NCBI GenBank assembly: GCA_944329425.1
Contig: CALVIG010000003.1
Location: forward strand, 51,460 to 115,459
Reading direction: 5' to 3'
Origin: an uncultured Bacilli bacterium
Lineage (GTDB): Bacteria > Bacillota_I > Bacilli_A > RF39 > UBA660
DNA: 64,000 nt
Part shown: piece after piece, positions 21,483 through 32,079 of the stretch
How positions within the stretch are numbered: the stretch's first letter is position 1
Layout of the letters: each line of letters begins with the position of its first letter
Translations under genes and position numbers: made by a program
Notes under the pieces: model-generated
Database searches by the model: none
Seen by the model: only the letters and a program-made list of their open reading frames with translations
Told to the model about the DNA's origin: nothing

Positions 21483-23199
21483 AATGATTAAAGAAAATTT
21501 TATAGTTATAAGAAATTATTTTAGGATAGTTAAAGGAAATAAGACTGGTATTGTTAAATTATTTTTGTCATCAATTATATCACATAGCATATCATTAATA
21601 ATTCCTATTATAATAGCTAATATAATAAAATATATTACACTTGGAAATTATAATTATGCATATATATATTCTTTTGTATTATTTTTATCTTATTTATTTT
21701 ACAACATATTTTTGAAATGGAATTATGATATTTATACACAAAACACAAAATTTTGCTGTGCTGAAATTCAAAAGGAAATTATAAGAAAAATTTCAATTTA
21801 TGATGATAATTTTCAAAATCAAGTTTCAAAAGGTGAACTAATTAGTACAATAAATCAAGATGTTATTGATTTAACGAAGTGTATTGATAGAATTGCTGAA
21901 TATATAATAAATTTTTTGAGTTTTATTTTTTTAATCATAATTGTGTCAACTATAAACTATATTGCTACTTTAATTATATTTATGGTAAGTTTTATTTATT
22001 TGATTTTATATAATAAATGCAATAAAAAAATAGTAACATTTACAAGTTTATATAGAAAAGATATGGATAATATTAGTAATACTTTTTCCCAAATGATGAC
22101 AGGAATTAATGAGGTAAAAGTATTTAATTTAACTGATAAAATGTTAGAAAAATATAATGAATTAAAGAAACAATTTGATTACAATTATACTAGAAGAAGA
22201 ACACCTTTAAATGTGAGAGATAATGGAATAACATATTTAGTTTATTTTGCAAAAGTATTAATTTATATTTTATGCATATATCTTATATCTAAAAATAATT
22301 TAACATTAGATTTATTAGTTTTATTAATTTCATATTATGATAATTCATTATCTATATGTAAAGGTATAATGAAAAATTCTAGTGATATAAGATTAATGTC
22401 TATTTCTATCGAACGTATTGGTAATATTTTAAACTATAGTCCATTGGAAAAAATTAATTTTGGTATAAAAAATATTCCTGTCAAAATTAACAATATAAAG
22501 TTTGAAAATGTATGTTATAAATATTATGATAAAGAAGATAATGCTTTAACTAATATTTCATTTGAAATAGAGCCAAAAAAAATAACTGCTTTGGTAGGAC
22601 ATACTGGAAGCGGTAAATCAACAATAGGAAAATTGTTATTAAGATTATATAAAAATAATAGTGGTAATATATTAGTAAATGGTGAAGATATATTTGAATT
22701 TGATAGAAATGAATATAAGAATTTAATATCTGTGGTAAATCAAAAAACTTTTATTTTTAATATGTCAATTATGGATAATTTTAAATTAGTACAAAATAAT
22801 GAAGAAAAAATCCTAGCAGTTTGTAAACAATTGAAGATTGATCAGTTAATAAGAAGTTTAAAAGATGGATATGATACAATTTTAAAAGAAGATGCGACAG
22901 ATTTATCTGGTGGTCAAAAGCAATTGATATCTATTGCTAGAACTATTATGTGTGAATCTAAAATAATTATTTTTGATGAAGTAACTAGTGCTTTAGATCC
23001 TAAAACTACACAACATGTTATAGAAATATTAAATGAAATAAAAAAGGAAAAAACTATAATTTTAATAACTCATAAAATAGATTTAATGAAAATAGCTGAT
23101 AAACTAATTTTATTAGATAATGGTAAAATTGTAGGAATGGGCAAACATAATGAATTATTAAAAAATAATAAATATTATCAAATATTATTAAAAAAATAG
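21472..23199 (+). CDS. ABC exporter, fused permease/ATP-binding protein
   Basis: Six-transmembrane N-terminal half followed by an NBD with GHTGSGKST (Walker A), LSGGQKQ (signature) and IIIFDE (Walker B). The start overlaps the upstream gene (ATGA). Confidence 0.8.
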   Translation: MVIKMIKENFIVIRNYFRIVKGNKTGIVKLFLSSIISHSISLIIPIIIANIIKYITLGNYNYAYIYSFVLFLSYLFYNIFLKWNYDIYTQNTKFCCAEIQKEIIRKISIYDDNFQNQVSKGELISTINQDVIDLTKCIDRIAEYIINFLSFIFLIIIVSTINYIATLIIFMVSFIYLILYNKCNKKIVTFTSLYRKDMDNISNTFSQMMTGINEVKVFNLTDKMLEKYNELKKQFDYNYTRRRTPLNVRDNGITYLVYFAKVLIYILCIYLISKNNLTLDLLVLLISYYDNSLSICKGIMKNSSDIRLMSISIERIGNILNYSPLEKINFGIKNIPVKINNIKFENVCYKYYDKEDNALTNISFEIEPKKITALVGHTGSGKSTIGKLLLRLYKNNSGNILVNGEDIFEFDRNEYKNLISVVNQKTFIFNMSIMDNFKLVQNNEEKILAVCKQLKIDQLIRSLKDGYDTILKEDATDLSGGQKQLISIARTIMCESKIIIFDEVTSALDPKTTQHVIEILNEIKKEKTIILITHKIDLMKIADKLILLDNGKIVGMGKHNELLKNNKYYQILLKK

Positions 23200-23393
23200 A
23201 TAATTCATTATATATTGAATTTAATAAGTTGATACAAACATTGTATTGATTACCTAATTTAGTGAAAAGTTGTAGATAACATCCACTATGGCCCCAGATT
23301 GATAAGAAACTCGAACTTTTATAAATTCGAGAGTAATAAATTACTAACAGAAATGTTAGTTTTTTGTAATTAAGAAATTGATTATGTTTATAT

Positions 23394-23630
23394 ATGATAA
23401 CAATAAAAACTAAAAATTTAAATAGTAAAACTGATGAATTACAAAATAAATCTAATGAGATTAATGATATTATTGGTAATTTAAAACTAACTATTATGAA
23501 TAAAAATAACTACTCTATTCTAAGTGATGATGTAAATAAAATCAAAAAGTATATTGAACAAGCTAACGATACTACTTCTAATTTAAGAGATGCTAATGAC
23601 ATAAATATAGTTTTAAAAAGATATGAATAG
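23394..23630 (+). CDS. Hypothetical small coiled-coil protein
   Basis: ORF only. N/K/D-rich. Confidence 0.3.
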   Translation: MITIKTKNLNSKTDELQNKSNEINDIIGNLKLTIMNKNNYSILSDDVNKIKKYIEQANDTTSNLRDANDINIVLKRYE

Positions 23631-23663
23631 GATTTAAGAGAACACTCTAACGAAGTTAGAAAC

Positions 23664-23897
23664 TTGAAAAAGAAAATTAAAACTCGTGATGATAGAATTG
23701 AAGAATTAGAATATGATTTAGATAATGCAAATGATACTATTGATGAGTTAGAAGATAAAGTATCAACACTTCAAGAAACATTAAATTACTTTAAAGGGTT
23801 ATGTCAAAAGTTTATAGAATTTTTAAAAGATAAGTTCTTCTCTAATAATAAATATGATGATTTTATAAATGATTTATATGATGGAAGATATACTTGA
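23664..23897 (+). CDS. Hypothetical small coiled-coil protein
   Basis: ORF only. Heptad-like acidic repeats. Confidence 0.3.
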   Translation: MKKKIKTRDDRIEELEYDLDNANDTIDELEDKVSTLQETLNYFKGLCQKFIEFLKDKFFSNNKYDDFINDLYDGRYT

Positions 23898-24018
23898 AGA
23901 AAATGACATTGATGCTATACAAAATAACAAAGATAATTTTGAAAGGTAGTAAAAAATACTGATTTATAGTATAATTTAATCAATGAAAATTCTAAAAATA
24001 GATAGGAAATAATTAGGT

Positions 24019-24507
24019 ATGAACTACAAAATAGAAAAAGCAAAAATAGAAGATCTAGATGCTATTCATAAATTGATATATGATAGATGTTTATGGTTTT
24101 CAGAAAAAGGCGTTAAAGGATGGAATGTAGATTTCTATCCTAATAAATATGACAAGAATTATTTTATAGAGCAAATGAAAATAAATAAATTGTTTGTTGC
24201 AAAATTTAATAATAAAATATGTGGAGTTATGCTTTTAAAAGATGAAGATAAGGATTATTGGAATAATGATGATTCTTCTTATTATATTCATCATTTAGCA
24301 ACTGATATTAATTTAAAAGGTGTTGGCAAGACATTGATTAATTATGCAATTGAGCAATGTAAAATAAATAATAAAAAGTATTTAAGACTTGATTGTTATC
24401 AAGAAAGTAAATTTCTTAATGAACATTATGAGAAATTGGGCTTCAATAAAGTTGGAAGTGGAACAGATGAAAATTATAATTTTAATTTATGGGAGATGAA
24501 AATATAA
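24019..24507 (+). CDS. GNAT-family N-acetyltransferase
   Basis: Acetyl-CoA binding motif region HHLATDINLKGVGKTL (Q/RxxGxG/A). Confidence 0.6.
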   Translation: MNYKIEKAKIEDLDAIHKLIYDRCLWFSEKGVKGWNVDFYPNKYDKNYFIEQMKINKLFVAKFNNKICGVMLLKDEDKDYWNNDDSSYYIHHLATDINLKGVGKTLINYAIEQCKINNKKYLRLDCYQESKFLNEHYEKLGFNKVGSGTDENYNFNLWEMKI

Positions 24508-24508
24508 C

Positions 24509-25072
24509 ATGAATACAATAGAATCAATAGAAAATAGAAGAAGTATCAGGGCTTTTAAAAATGATGATATTTCAAAAGAAATAGTTGAAGATATATTAAA
24601 TTGTGGAAGACTGGCTCCATCTGCAAAAAATAGGCAACCATGGTATTTTGTGGTAACAAAAGGTAAAGCAAAAGATAAAATAGCAGATATGATGATTGAG
24701 TATACTATAAATAATGATGATACCATTGAGAGAAAAAATTTAGGTTGTGCAAGTAGTGTTAATCCAACTGCAAATGTAATAAAACAAGCACCAATATTAG
24801 TTTTAATATTTAGAGAAAAAAACGATAATTGGATTATAGGAGATAATTTATCAATAGGTGCTTGTGTAGAAAATATGTGTTTAAGAGCAACAGAATTGGA
24901 AATAGGTACTTTATGGATTAGAGATACTGTATATGTTGCAGAAGAAGTAGCTAAAATGTTAAATCACGAAAATATGGAATTAAATTGCGCTTTAGCGATT
25001 GGATATGCAAATCAAAGTCCTAAACAAAGACCTAGAAAAGAGTTAAAAGATATTGTGGAGTGGTACAAATGA
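24509..25072 (+). CDS. Nitroreductase-family protein
   Basis: RRSIRAF, APSAKNRQPW motifs. Translationally coupled to the GNAT gene. Confidence 0.7.
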   Translation: MNTIESIENRRSIRAFKNDDISKEIVEDILNCGRLAPSAKNRQPWYFVVTKGKAKDKIADMMIEYTINNDDTIERKNLGCASSVNPTANVIKQAPILVLIFREKNDNWIIGDNLSIGACVENMCLRATELEIGTLWIRDTVYVAEEVAKMLNHENMELNCALAIGYANQSPKQRPRKELKDIVEWYK

Positions 25073-25216
25073 TATTAAAATATGAAAAAATAAGCAAAGA
25101 TAAATATGATTTTGTTTTAGAAATTTAATAAACTTTTAAAGTTAATGAAAAATATATAAAATTAATAATAAAATAAAGAAAAATCATGATATAATAATTA
25201 GCAAAAAGGAGGACTT

Positions 25217-26176
25217 ATGGTAAATTTAGAGCACAAATTAACCGTAGATGATTTAATAGTAGAATATATGATGTATAAAACTAATAATGGATATGAACCT
25301 AGTTTTTCTACTTCTGAATTTATTAATTTTTTATACTTTTTTGAATCAAAAATGAAAGTGGAAGATGCACTATACGAAAATGAAAAACTATTTAAACGTT
25401 TTTTTGAAAGAAAAAATGAAAGTGATTGGTCTAATGAATCACATATGAATATGATAGAAGATGAAATTAGTAATGATTATATTATTCAAGCAAATTATAG
25501 GTTAGGCGATTATGATAGAAGCGTTATTAACACATATTTTATGGATGGTGGTATGGGTGAGTATACTGATTTTAAAGGACAAGTATTTGAAATTAGAAAA
25601 ATTATTGAAGAATATTTAGCGGATGTATCTAAGAGAAAAATAGATAATATTATTGATATAGATGAAAATGATTTATTAATGGGAAAATATGTAGCAGCAC
25701 AAATAATTCAAAATATATGGGAAAGTCATATAGATAAATTAATTGAAAACCAAGAATGGCCTAGACAATGTAAAGATATAAATAAATACTTACTTGAAAC
25801 AGACTTATCAACAATCATTAATCTTAAATCAATAAAAAAAGAATTGCTAGAACTATATAACGCTATTTCTAAAAGAATTGCTATTATGTATCATCAAGAT
25901 AGAAATTTACAAATTAGTTCATTTGGAGGCTCTTATCTAGCAATGGCAAATTATAAACTATTAATTGAAGGTTATGAAAATTTATTTAGTATTGCTTTTG
26001 GTAAATACAATAAATCATTAAACATTAATTTATCAACATTAACATTTAGAGAAAGTCATGAATTAGGTGGTGTATATTACTGGGATGATGATCCAGATAT
26101 AAAAACTACTACCACTTCAATTGATGATAAAAATGTAAAAAATTTGGTAAGAAGTTTGGATAAACATTATTTGTAG
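25217..26176 (+). CDS. Hypothetical protein
   Basis: ORF with RBS AAAGGAGG. No family recognised. Confidence 0.35.
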   Translation: MVNLEHKLTVDDLIVEYMMYKTNNGYEPSFSTSEFINFLYFFESKMKVEDALYENEKLFKRFFERKNESDWSNESHMNMIEDEISNDYIIQANYRLGDYDRSVINTYFMDGGMGEYTDFKGQVFEIRKIIEEYLADVSKRKIDNIIDIDENDLLMGKYVAAQIIQNIWESHIDKLIENQEWPRQCKDINKYLLETDLSTIINLKSIKKELLELYNAISKRIAIMYHQDRNLQISSFGGSYLAMANYKLLIEGYENLFSIAFGKYNKSLNINLSTLTFRESHELGGVYYWDDDPDIKTTTTSIDDKNVKNLVRSLDKHYL

Positions 26177-26386
26177 TTTTAATTATAAAATGTATGGTAT
26201 AATAAAAATAAAGAAAGGAACTTTTTTTATGGACATAGTTCATTAATAAAATAGTTTTTTATTACTAGTTGCTATTATAATAGCTATAAAGTTATATAAT
26301 ACTAAAATCTTGAAAGATTAAATTGATTAATCTTTTTTTTAAAATAATTACTTAAAAAAATGGTATTATAATTATAGGAGGATTTT

Positions 26387-27763
26387 ATGAAAGATAAAAT
26401 ATTAAATAAAAAAGTTAGTGGTTGGTTAAATATTAATACTGTGGATAAAGATAAAATATATGATTTTTGTGGTGGTTACATTGATTTTTTGAACAATGGC
26501 AAAACCGAAAGAGAAGTTTCTGATGTAATAGTTAAGTTATTAGATTCTAACGGATTTAAACGTATTAATGATATCGATAATTTAAAACCAAATGATAAGG
26601 TATACATGGTTAATAGAAATAAGAGTATATATGCGGCAGTAATTGGTAGTGATAACATAACAAGCGGAATAAACATAGTTGGTGCTCATATTGATTCACC
26701 AAGGTTAGATTTGAAGCCAAATCCATTATATGAAGATGCAAAACTTGCACTTTTTAAAACTCATTACTATGGGGGTATAAAAAAATATCAGTGGACTACT
26801 ATCCCACTAGCTATTCACGGTGTTGTTGTTAAACCTAACGGAGAAAAAATTAACATAGTTATAGGCGAAGATGATAATGATCCAGTATTTACCATAACGG
26901 ACATATTGCCTCATTTAGCAGAAGAACAATACCAAAAAAAGATTGGTCAAGCAATTGGTGGAGAGGATTTAAACGTTTTAGTAGGAAGCATTCCATCGAA
27001 AGATGATTCAATTAAAGAAAACATCATGACGTTAATTAACGAAAAATATAAGATAGATGAAATTGATTTTTATAGTTCAGAGCTTGAGGTTGTTCCGGCG
27101 TTTAAAGCAAGGAATTTAGGTTTTGATAAAAGCATGGTTGCTGCTTATGGGCAAGATGATAGAGTATGTGCTTATGCAACTTTAATGGCACTTTTAGATG
27201 CTAAGGAATCAAGTAAAACCAAAGTAGCTATATTCGCTGATAAAGAAGAAATAGGAAGTGTTGGTAACACCGGGATGTGTTCTCAAATGTTTGACCTTTT
27301 TGTTAACGAATTATTAAATAAAACAAAAGAAAATAATGCTGGCGCTTTAAATAAAACGTATTGTAATTCAATAATGCTTTCTGCTGATGTTGGAGCGGGT
27401 GTAGATCCTAATTATCAAAGTGCGTCGGAAAAAAATAACGCATCATACATTGGTTACGGAGTAGAACTAAACAAGTATACTGGTTCTCGCGGTAAGTCAG
27501 GTGCGTCTGATGCTAACGCGGAATTCGTTGCTAAGGTTAGAAATATTTTTGAAAAAAACGATGTTAAGTATCAGGTTTCAGAATTAGGAAAAGTAGACCT
27601 TGGTGGTGGCGGAACCATAGCATACATATTAGCTAATAAAGGAATGGACGTAATAGATTGCGGCGTTCCCGTTATATCAATGCACTCACCTTATGAAGTA
27701 ACTAGTAAGTTTGATATATACGCAGCATATAAAGGTTATAAAGCATTTTTTGAAGAAGAATAA
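26387..27763 (+). CDS. M18-family aminopeptidase
   Basis: GAHIDSPRLDLKP, GQDDRVCAY and SMHSPYE motifs typical of aspartyl/M18 aminopeptidases. 458 aa. Confidence 0.75.
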   Translation: MKDKILNKKVSGWLNINTVDKDKIYDFCGGYIDFLNNGKTEREVSDVIVKLLDSNGFKRINDIDNLKPNDKVYMVNRNKSIYAAVIGSDNITSGINIVGAHIDSPRLDLKPNPLYEDAKLALFKTHYYGGIKKYQWTTIPLAIHGVVVKPNGEKINIVIGEDDNDPVFTITDILPHLAEEQYQKKIGQAIGGEDLNVLVGSIPSKDDSIKENIMTLINEKYKIDEIDFYSSELEVVPAFKARNLGFDKSMVAAYGQDDRVCAYATLMALLDAKESSKTKVAIFADKEEIGSVGNTGMCSQMFDLFVNELLNKTKENNAGALNKTYCNSIMLSADVGAGVDPNYQSASEKNNASYIGYGVELNKYTGSRGKSGASDANAEFVAKVRNIFEKNDVKYQVSELGKVDLGGGGTIAYILANKGMDVIDCGVPVISMHSPYEVTSKFDIYAAYKGYKAFFEEE

Positions 27764-27832
27764 TTAAAACTCCAATGATTTGGAGTTTTTTATATAATAA
27801 CAATTATTGTACATAATAATATTGGTGATAAT

Positions 27833-28777
27833 ATGATTGTAAGATTAGGATACGTAGCGTTATCAAAAACTCTTGATAACTTAACTACATCTAGCACGGT
27901 AACCTATACTAATTATGTTTCTAAAAATTATACTGTGGATAAGTTAATAGATATTACTAAAGGTAACCTTGAATCCTTAAAACAAATAATGATTTACAAC
28001 GTTAAAAATAACGTACATTTTTATAGGTTAACTTCTAAACTAGTTCCCCTTGCGACCCATAACAAGGTAAAGTTTGATTATGTTACACCATTAAAAAAAG
28101 AATACGAAGAAATTTCTGACATAATAAATAAAAATAACATTAGGGTTGATACTCATCCAGACCAATTTGCGGTATTAAACAGCATGGATAATAAAATAGT
28201 TAAAAACACTTTTGAAATACTAGAATATCATTATAAAATTTTGCAAGCGTTAAACATAAAAAATCAGATAATAATACTTCATGTTGGAAGTAGTGCATGT
28301 GGTAAAAAAGCATCGATTACTAGGTTTATTAATAATTTTTATAAATTACCTTCTTATATACAAAAATGTATAGCAATAGAAAATGATGATAAAACGTATA
28401 ATATTAAGGATGTATTGTTTTTATGTAACAAATTAAACGTTCCTGTGGTACTGGACTATCATCACTACGTGTGTAATAACGAAAAAGAAAAATTAAATGA
28501 TTATTTAAATGATATTTTATCTACGTGGAAATGTTTGACCCCAAAGATACATTTTTCATCCCCTAAAAGTAATTTGAAAAAAAAGTTTAGGAGTCACCAT
28601 GATTTTGTTAACGTGGATGATTTTATAAAATTGTTAGAAGATTTAAAAAATTATACTAATAACGTTGATATAATGTTAGAGGCTAAGGCAAAGGATGAGG
28701 CTTTATTTAGACTTGTAAGGGAATTAAAGTATAAAACAAACTATAAATTCATTGATGAAACAACTTTTATTATTTAA
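27833..28777 (+). CDS. uvsE: UV damage endonuclease UvdE
   Basis: N-terminus RLGYVALSKTL...LTSKLVPLATH and TIM-barrel UvdE-family features. 314 aa. Confidence 0.7.
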   Translation: MIVRLGYVALSKTLDNLTTSSTVTYTNYVSKNYTVDKLIDITKGNLESLKQIMIYNVKNNVHFYRLTSKLVPLATHNKVKFDYVTPLKKEYEEISDIINKNNIRVDTHPDQFAVLNSMDNKIVKNTFEILEYHYKILQALNIKNQIIILHVGSSACGKKASITRFINNFYKLPSYIQKCIAIENDDKTYNIKDVLFLCNKLNVPVVLDYHHYVCNNEKEKLNDYLNDILSTWKCLTPKIHFSSPKSNLKKKFRSHHDFVNVDDFIKLLEDLKNYTNNVDIMLEAKAKDEALFRLVRELKYKTNYKFIDETTFII

Positions 28778-28825
28778 TTTATTAATGTTTAATATGTCCA
28801 AATTCATACAAAAAAATATAATATT

Positions 28826-29008
28826 ATGAAAGGAAGTGTTTTTATGTACGAATATGGATATCCATGTTACTCTTATTATCCTGCATATAACAATAATGGT
28901 TACGGTTTTAGCTGGCTATGGGTAATAGTAATCGTTTTCATTGCTTTTTGCTTATTTAGAGGCTTTGGAAATAATGATTGTAATCACAATGGGTGTAATA
29001 GAAACTAA
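28826..29008 (+). CDS. Hypothetical small Tyr/Cys-rich membrane peptide
   Basis: 60 aa. Tyr-rich N-terminus, one transmembrane helix, Cys/His-rich C-terminus (CNHNGCNRN). RBS GAAAGGAAG. Confidence 0.3.
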   Translation: MKGSVFMYEYGYPCYSYYPAYNNNGYGFSWLWVIVIVFIAFCLFRGFGNNDCNHNGCNRN

Positions 29009-29095
29009 AAAAGGGCTTTTAAAGCCCTTTTAATAATTAATAAAATATGGTGTGTATTTGGAAGGAACTACAACTGCTTTTGTTAATGGAATATT

Positions 29096-29911
29096 TTATT
29101 TTAATTTTTTAATTTCAGAATAGCTATTCAACACCTCATATAAATTTATATTCAAACATTTTATATATATCTCATTATCAGTCTGTATTAAGTTATTGTC
29201 CATTAAGTAAGTTGAAAGAATGTTTGCAAGAGGATATCTTAATAAATAATTAACTACGCTACCATCAGTATCATATTTCATTACAGTTTTAACTTTATCA
29301 ATTGATAGTGAACTTTCAGTTATTTGTCCTTCTTCTTTATATATTTTTTCACAGTATAATTCATACTCTATTGCCTCTAGCATTTGTGATTCATAATACA
29401 TTCTATTATTTCTTCTTATATTAATTAAATTTTTATACTCATCATTATCAAGCCAAATTTCTAACTGTTTTTCTATATAAAATGAAAAAACCTCACCAAG
29501 AAAATCGTATTTACTAGGTATAATCATTGGAGTACTATTTCTATCAATGTAGTGAGCTAATTCATGAACCAAAATAAATATATCACTATCATCTCCAATT
29601 AATTTAATATAAGTAACGTTAGTATCCAAATCAGTAAATGATTTTTTTAACTTTTGACTAATAATGATGTTTGAATTCTGCAATCCTTCTATAATCATAC
29701 TATAATAATCATTATTATAGTGTTTGTAAAATTTCAAGGCAATTTCTAAAGGGTCTTTAATTTTTTTAGTATACGTTAACTTTTCATAATCTTTATTAAA
29801 CATACTAATTAATTGATAAATTATATCCTTTTTTAAAAATTTATTATAAGTTGATTCTAATTTTACTTTTTCTATAAATTTTTTAATTAAAATATCAGTC
29901 ATATTATCCAT
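29096..29911 (-). CDS. Putative zinc metallopeptidase (HExxH)
   Basis: ILVHELAHYIDRN motif. No further classification possible. Confidence 0.4.
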   Translation of the reverse strand: MDNMTDILIKKFIEKVKLESTYNKFLKKDIIYQLISMFNKDYEKLTYTKKIKDPLEIALKFYKHYNNDYYSMIIEGLQNSNIIISQKLKKSFTDLDTNVTYIKLIGDDSDIFILVHELAHYIDRNSTPMIIPSKYDFLGEVFSFYIEKQLEIWLDNDEYKNLINIRRNNRMYYESQMLEAIEYELYCEKIYKEEGQITESSLSIDKVKTVMKYDTDGSVVNYLLRYPLANILSTYLMDNNLIQTDNEIYIKCLNINLYEVLNSYSEIKKLK

Positions 29912-30057
29912 ACCTCTAATTATTTTTTAGTAATTGATAATGTTATTATACAAATGTGTTTCTAGATTAGAATAATCAATTTTGTTTTTGTAAGTATTTT
30001 ATCATAAATTTTTGTATATTAAAACTCTAACCATTAAAGTTAGAGTTCCCTACAATC

Positions 30058-30131
30058 TGGTGCCGCTTGTAGGAATCGGACCTACAGCTAATCATTACGA
30101 GTGACTTGTTTTACCATTAAACTAAAGCGGC
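30058..30131 (-). tRNA. tRNA-Thr (anticodon CGT) with encoded CCA
   Basis: The reverse complement folds as a cloverleaf: acceptor GCCGCTT/AAGCGGC, D-stem GTTT/AAAC, anticodon stem AGTCA/TGATT with loop CTCGTAA, T-stem GTAGG/CCTAC, 3' ACCA. Confidence 0.6.
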
Positions 30132-30141
30132 ATACATGGGT

Positions 30142-30654
30142 TTATTTGAAAAACCCGTTTTCAACGTACTTTGTTTCGTTTACAACCACAAAAGCATTTT
30201 CATCTATTGATGTTATAGCTTTTTTTAAATCTTTTAGGTGCTTTTTTTCAGCCTCGATAAAAAGCATAGATTTTTTAACATTATCTTTGCCAGTACACTC
30301 AACTTGTGATACTGCAAATCCAGCGTCTCTTATTTTTTCTATTTCGTCACTAGCTAGATAATTTAATACTACTTGAACAGATATTTTTCCGTTTATTAAC
30401 ACGTTTGATAAAGTAGCACCAATAAACGTTCCAGCGGCATACCCGCCTGCGTATGAAAGTGCTATCCAAATACTGTTTATTTTAGCATTTAATGCTTCTC
30501 TAACTACCATAAACCATATTATAACATCTATAAACCCTATTAACGTTGCTATTAAACGTTTGTTTTTAACCGTTAATACCGTTACAAATGTTCCAAGTGA
30601 TACATCTACTATTCTTGTTATGAATATTTTAATGCATAACAGAGATAATGACAT
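30142..30654 (-). CDS. UPF0316 (DUF2179) family membrane protein
   Basis: 170 aa. Three N-terminal transmembrane helices plus a C-terminal cytoplasmic domain. The layout resembles B. subtilis YebE-type proteins. Confidence 0.55.
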   Translation of the reverse strand: MSLSLLCIKIFITRIVDVSLGTFVTVLTVKNKRLIATLIGFIDVIIWFMVVREALNAKINSIWIALSYAGGYAAGTFIGATLSNVLINGKISVQVVLNYLASDEIEKIRDAGFAVSQVECTGKDNVKKSMLFIEAEKKHLKDLKKAITSIDENAFVVVNETKYVENGFFK

Positions 30655-30758
30655 TTATCCTCCCTCTGACGCTAGAAATATAATAACATAATTATTTTAA
30701 TTCTTCAATAGATAAGTTTGTAATAAAATGTTATAATGTTTTATGTGGAGGAATTTAT

Positions 30759-31496
30759 ATGGATAAAAAAATTGATTTAAAGAAGAACTGTGTATTATTA
30801 TTCGTGTTAAACATCTTAGTTTTTTTATCACTTATTTTATTTAAAGTGTATTTTACTAAAATGGGATATTCAAGCGTCTTGGTTAACTCGGCGTTAATTA
30901 TAAACGTAATATTGCTTGTAATTGGCGTTATTTTTAACGTATTAATGTTTAAAAATCCAAGCTTCTGTTGTGATAAAAAACATTCGGTTATATTCGTGGT
31001 AATTTTTATAATATACTTATTTATAAATACCTTTGGAGTTGTTTTAATAAATAAACCATTAAATAGTGGGTATACAAAAATTGCGGAAGAGTTATCTGGT
31101 TATTGTGAATCTTTTATGTGCCAAAAGTATGAAACGGTTAATGATGGCACTTTAAGAGATTTTGTTATTAATAATTCTTACTTAGATTATAATGGAGTAA
31201 CAAACGAAGTACAAATACATACAAAGTATGATTCTAAAGAAGTTTTATTGGTAGAAGCTACTATTTTTTCACAGAACGAAATGTTTTCTGAAGATCTTAT
31301 AAAAAATCAAGTTGAAGCTTATTATAATAACTTTGGTGTAAAAGTTGATGCAAATGTAATAAAGCAAGCTTTTGATAACAGGTTTAATGGAAGCATAAAA
31401 AAGGAGAAGTTAACTTATAAGGTGTCTGAAGTTTATGATGAAGATACTTTAGTTGGTTTAAAAACTACCATAACTTTAGATTTAAAACAAGGTTAA
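30759..31496 (+). CDS. Hypothetical membrane protein
   Basis: ORF with RBS GGAGG. Four predicted transmembrane segments in the N-terminal half. Confidence 0.35.
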   Translation: MDKKIDLKKNCVLLFVLNILVFLSLILFKVYFTKMGYSSVLVNSALIINVILLVIGVIFNVLMFKNPSFCCDKKHSVIFVVIFIIYLFINTFGVVLINKPLNSGYTKIAEELSGYCESFMCQKYETVNDGTLRDFVINNSYLDYNGVTNEVQIHTKYDSKEVLLVEATIFSQNEMFSEDLIKNQVEAYYNNFGVKVDANVIKQAFDNRFNGSIKKEKLTYKVSEVYDEDTLVGLKTTITLDLKQG

Positions 31497-31562
31497 CTAT
31501 CTAACCTTGTTTTTTTTTATTTTTTTTGGTAATATTATTAAAGAATAAGAGGTGGATGGTAA

Positions 31563-31952
31563 ATGTCTATTTTTAACGTTTTTTTGGATAGCCCTATGTT
31601 AACCGTTTCTGTAATTTTATTTGCTACATGCGTAGTAATTGGTTTTTTTGGAGACAGGTACTTTAAAAAACACGGTACAACTATTATAAAACCATCACCT
31701 AAACAAACGGATGAAACTAAAGTTAGTCAAGATCAGGATAAACAAGACCAAGAACATATTAATACGGATGATAATGTTCGGGAAAATGAAAGTGATGAAA
31801 ATAAAAAAGAGGTAGAAGATGTTGCTAGTAATGAGGAAGTAAGCGTAAGTAACGAAGTAACAACTCCATCTAATACTAATAATATAACTAACCCAAGTGA
31901 AAATATTTCTTCTTATATCGTGGATGATGATAATTTTAATAACATGTTTTAA
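31563..31952 (+). CDS. Hypothetical membrane-anchored acidic protein
   Basis: ORF with RBS GAGGTGG. One transmembrane helix, then a D/E/N-rich tail. Confidence 0.35.
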   Translation: MSIFNVFLDSPMLTVSVILFATCVVIGFFGDRYFKKHGTTIIKPSPKQTDETKVSQDQDKQDQEHINTDDNVRENESDENKKEVEDVASNEEVSVSNEVTTPSNTNNITNPSENISSYIVDDDNFNNMF

Positions 31953-32079
31953 GTTCCTTATTTAATAAGGAATTTTAATTTCTAAAAATAATTAATTTAA
32001 AAAAAGTGGTTAAATATGATATAATTTTGATATAATAAATTAGTAAAATATAGGTGATTAATATTATTTAGGAGGATGT

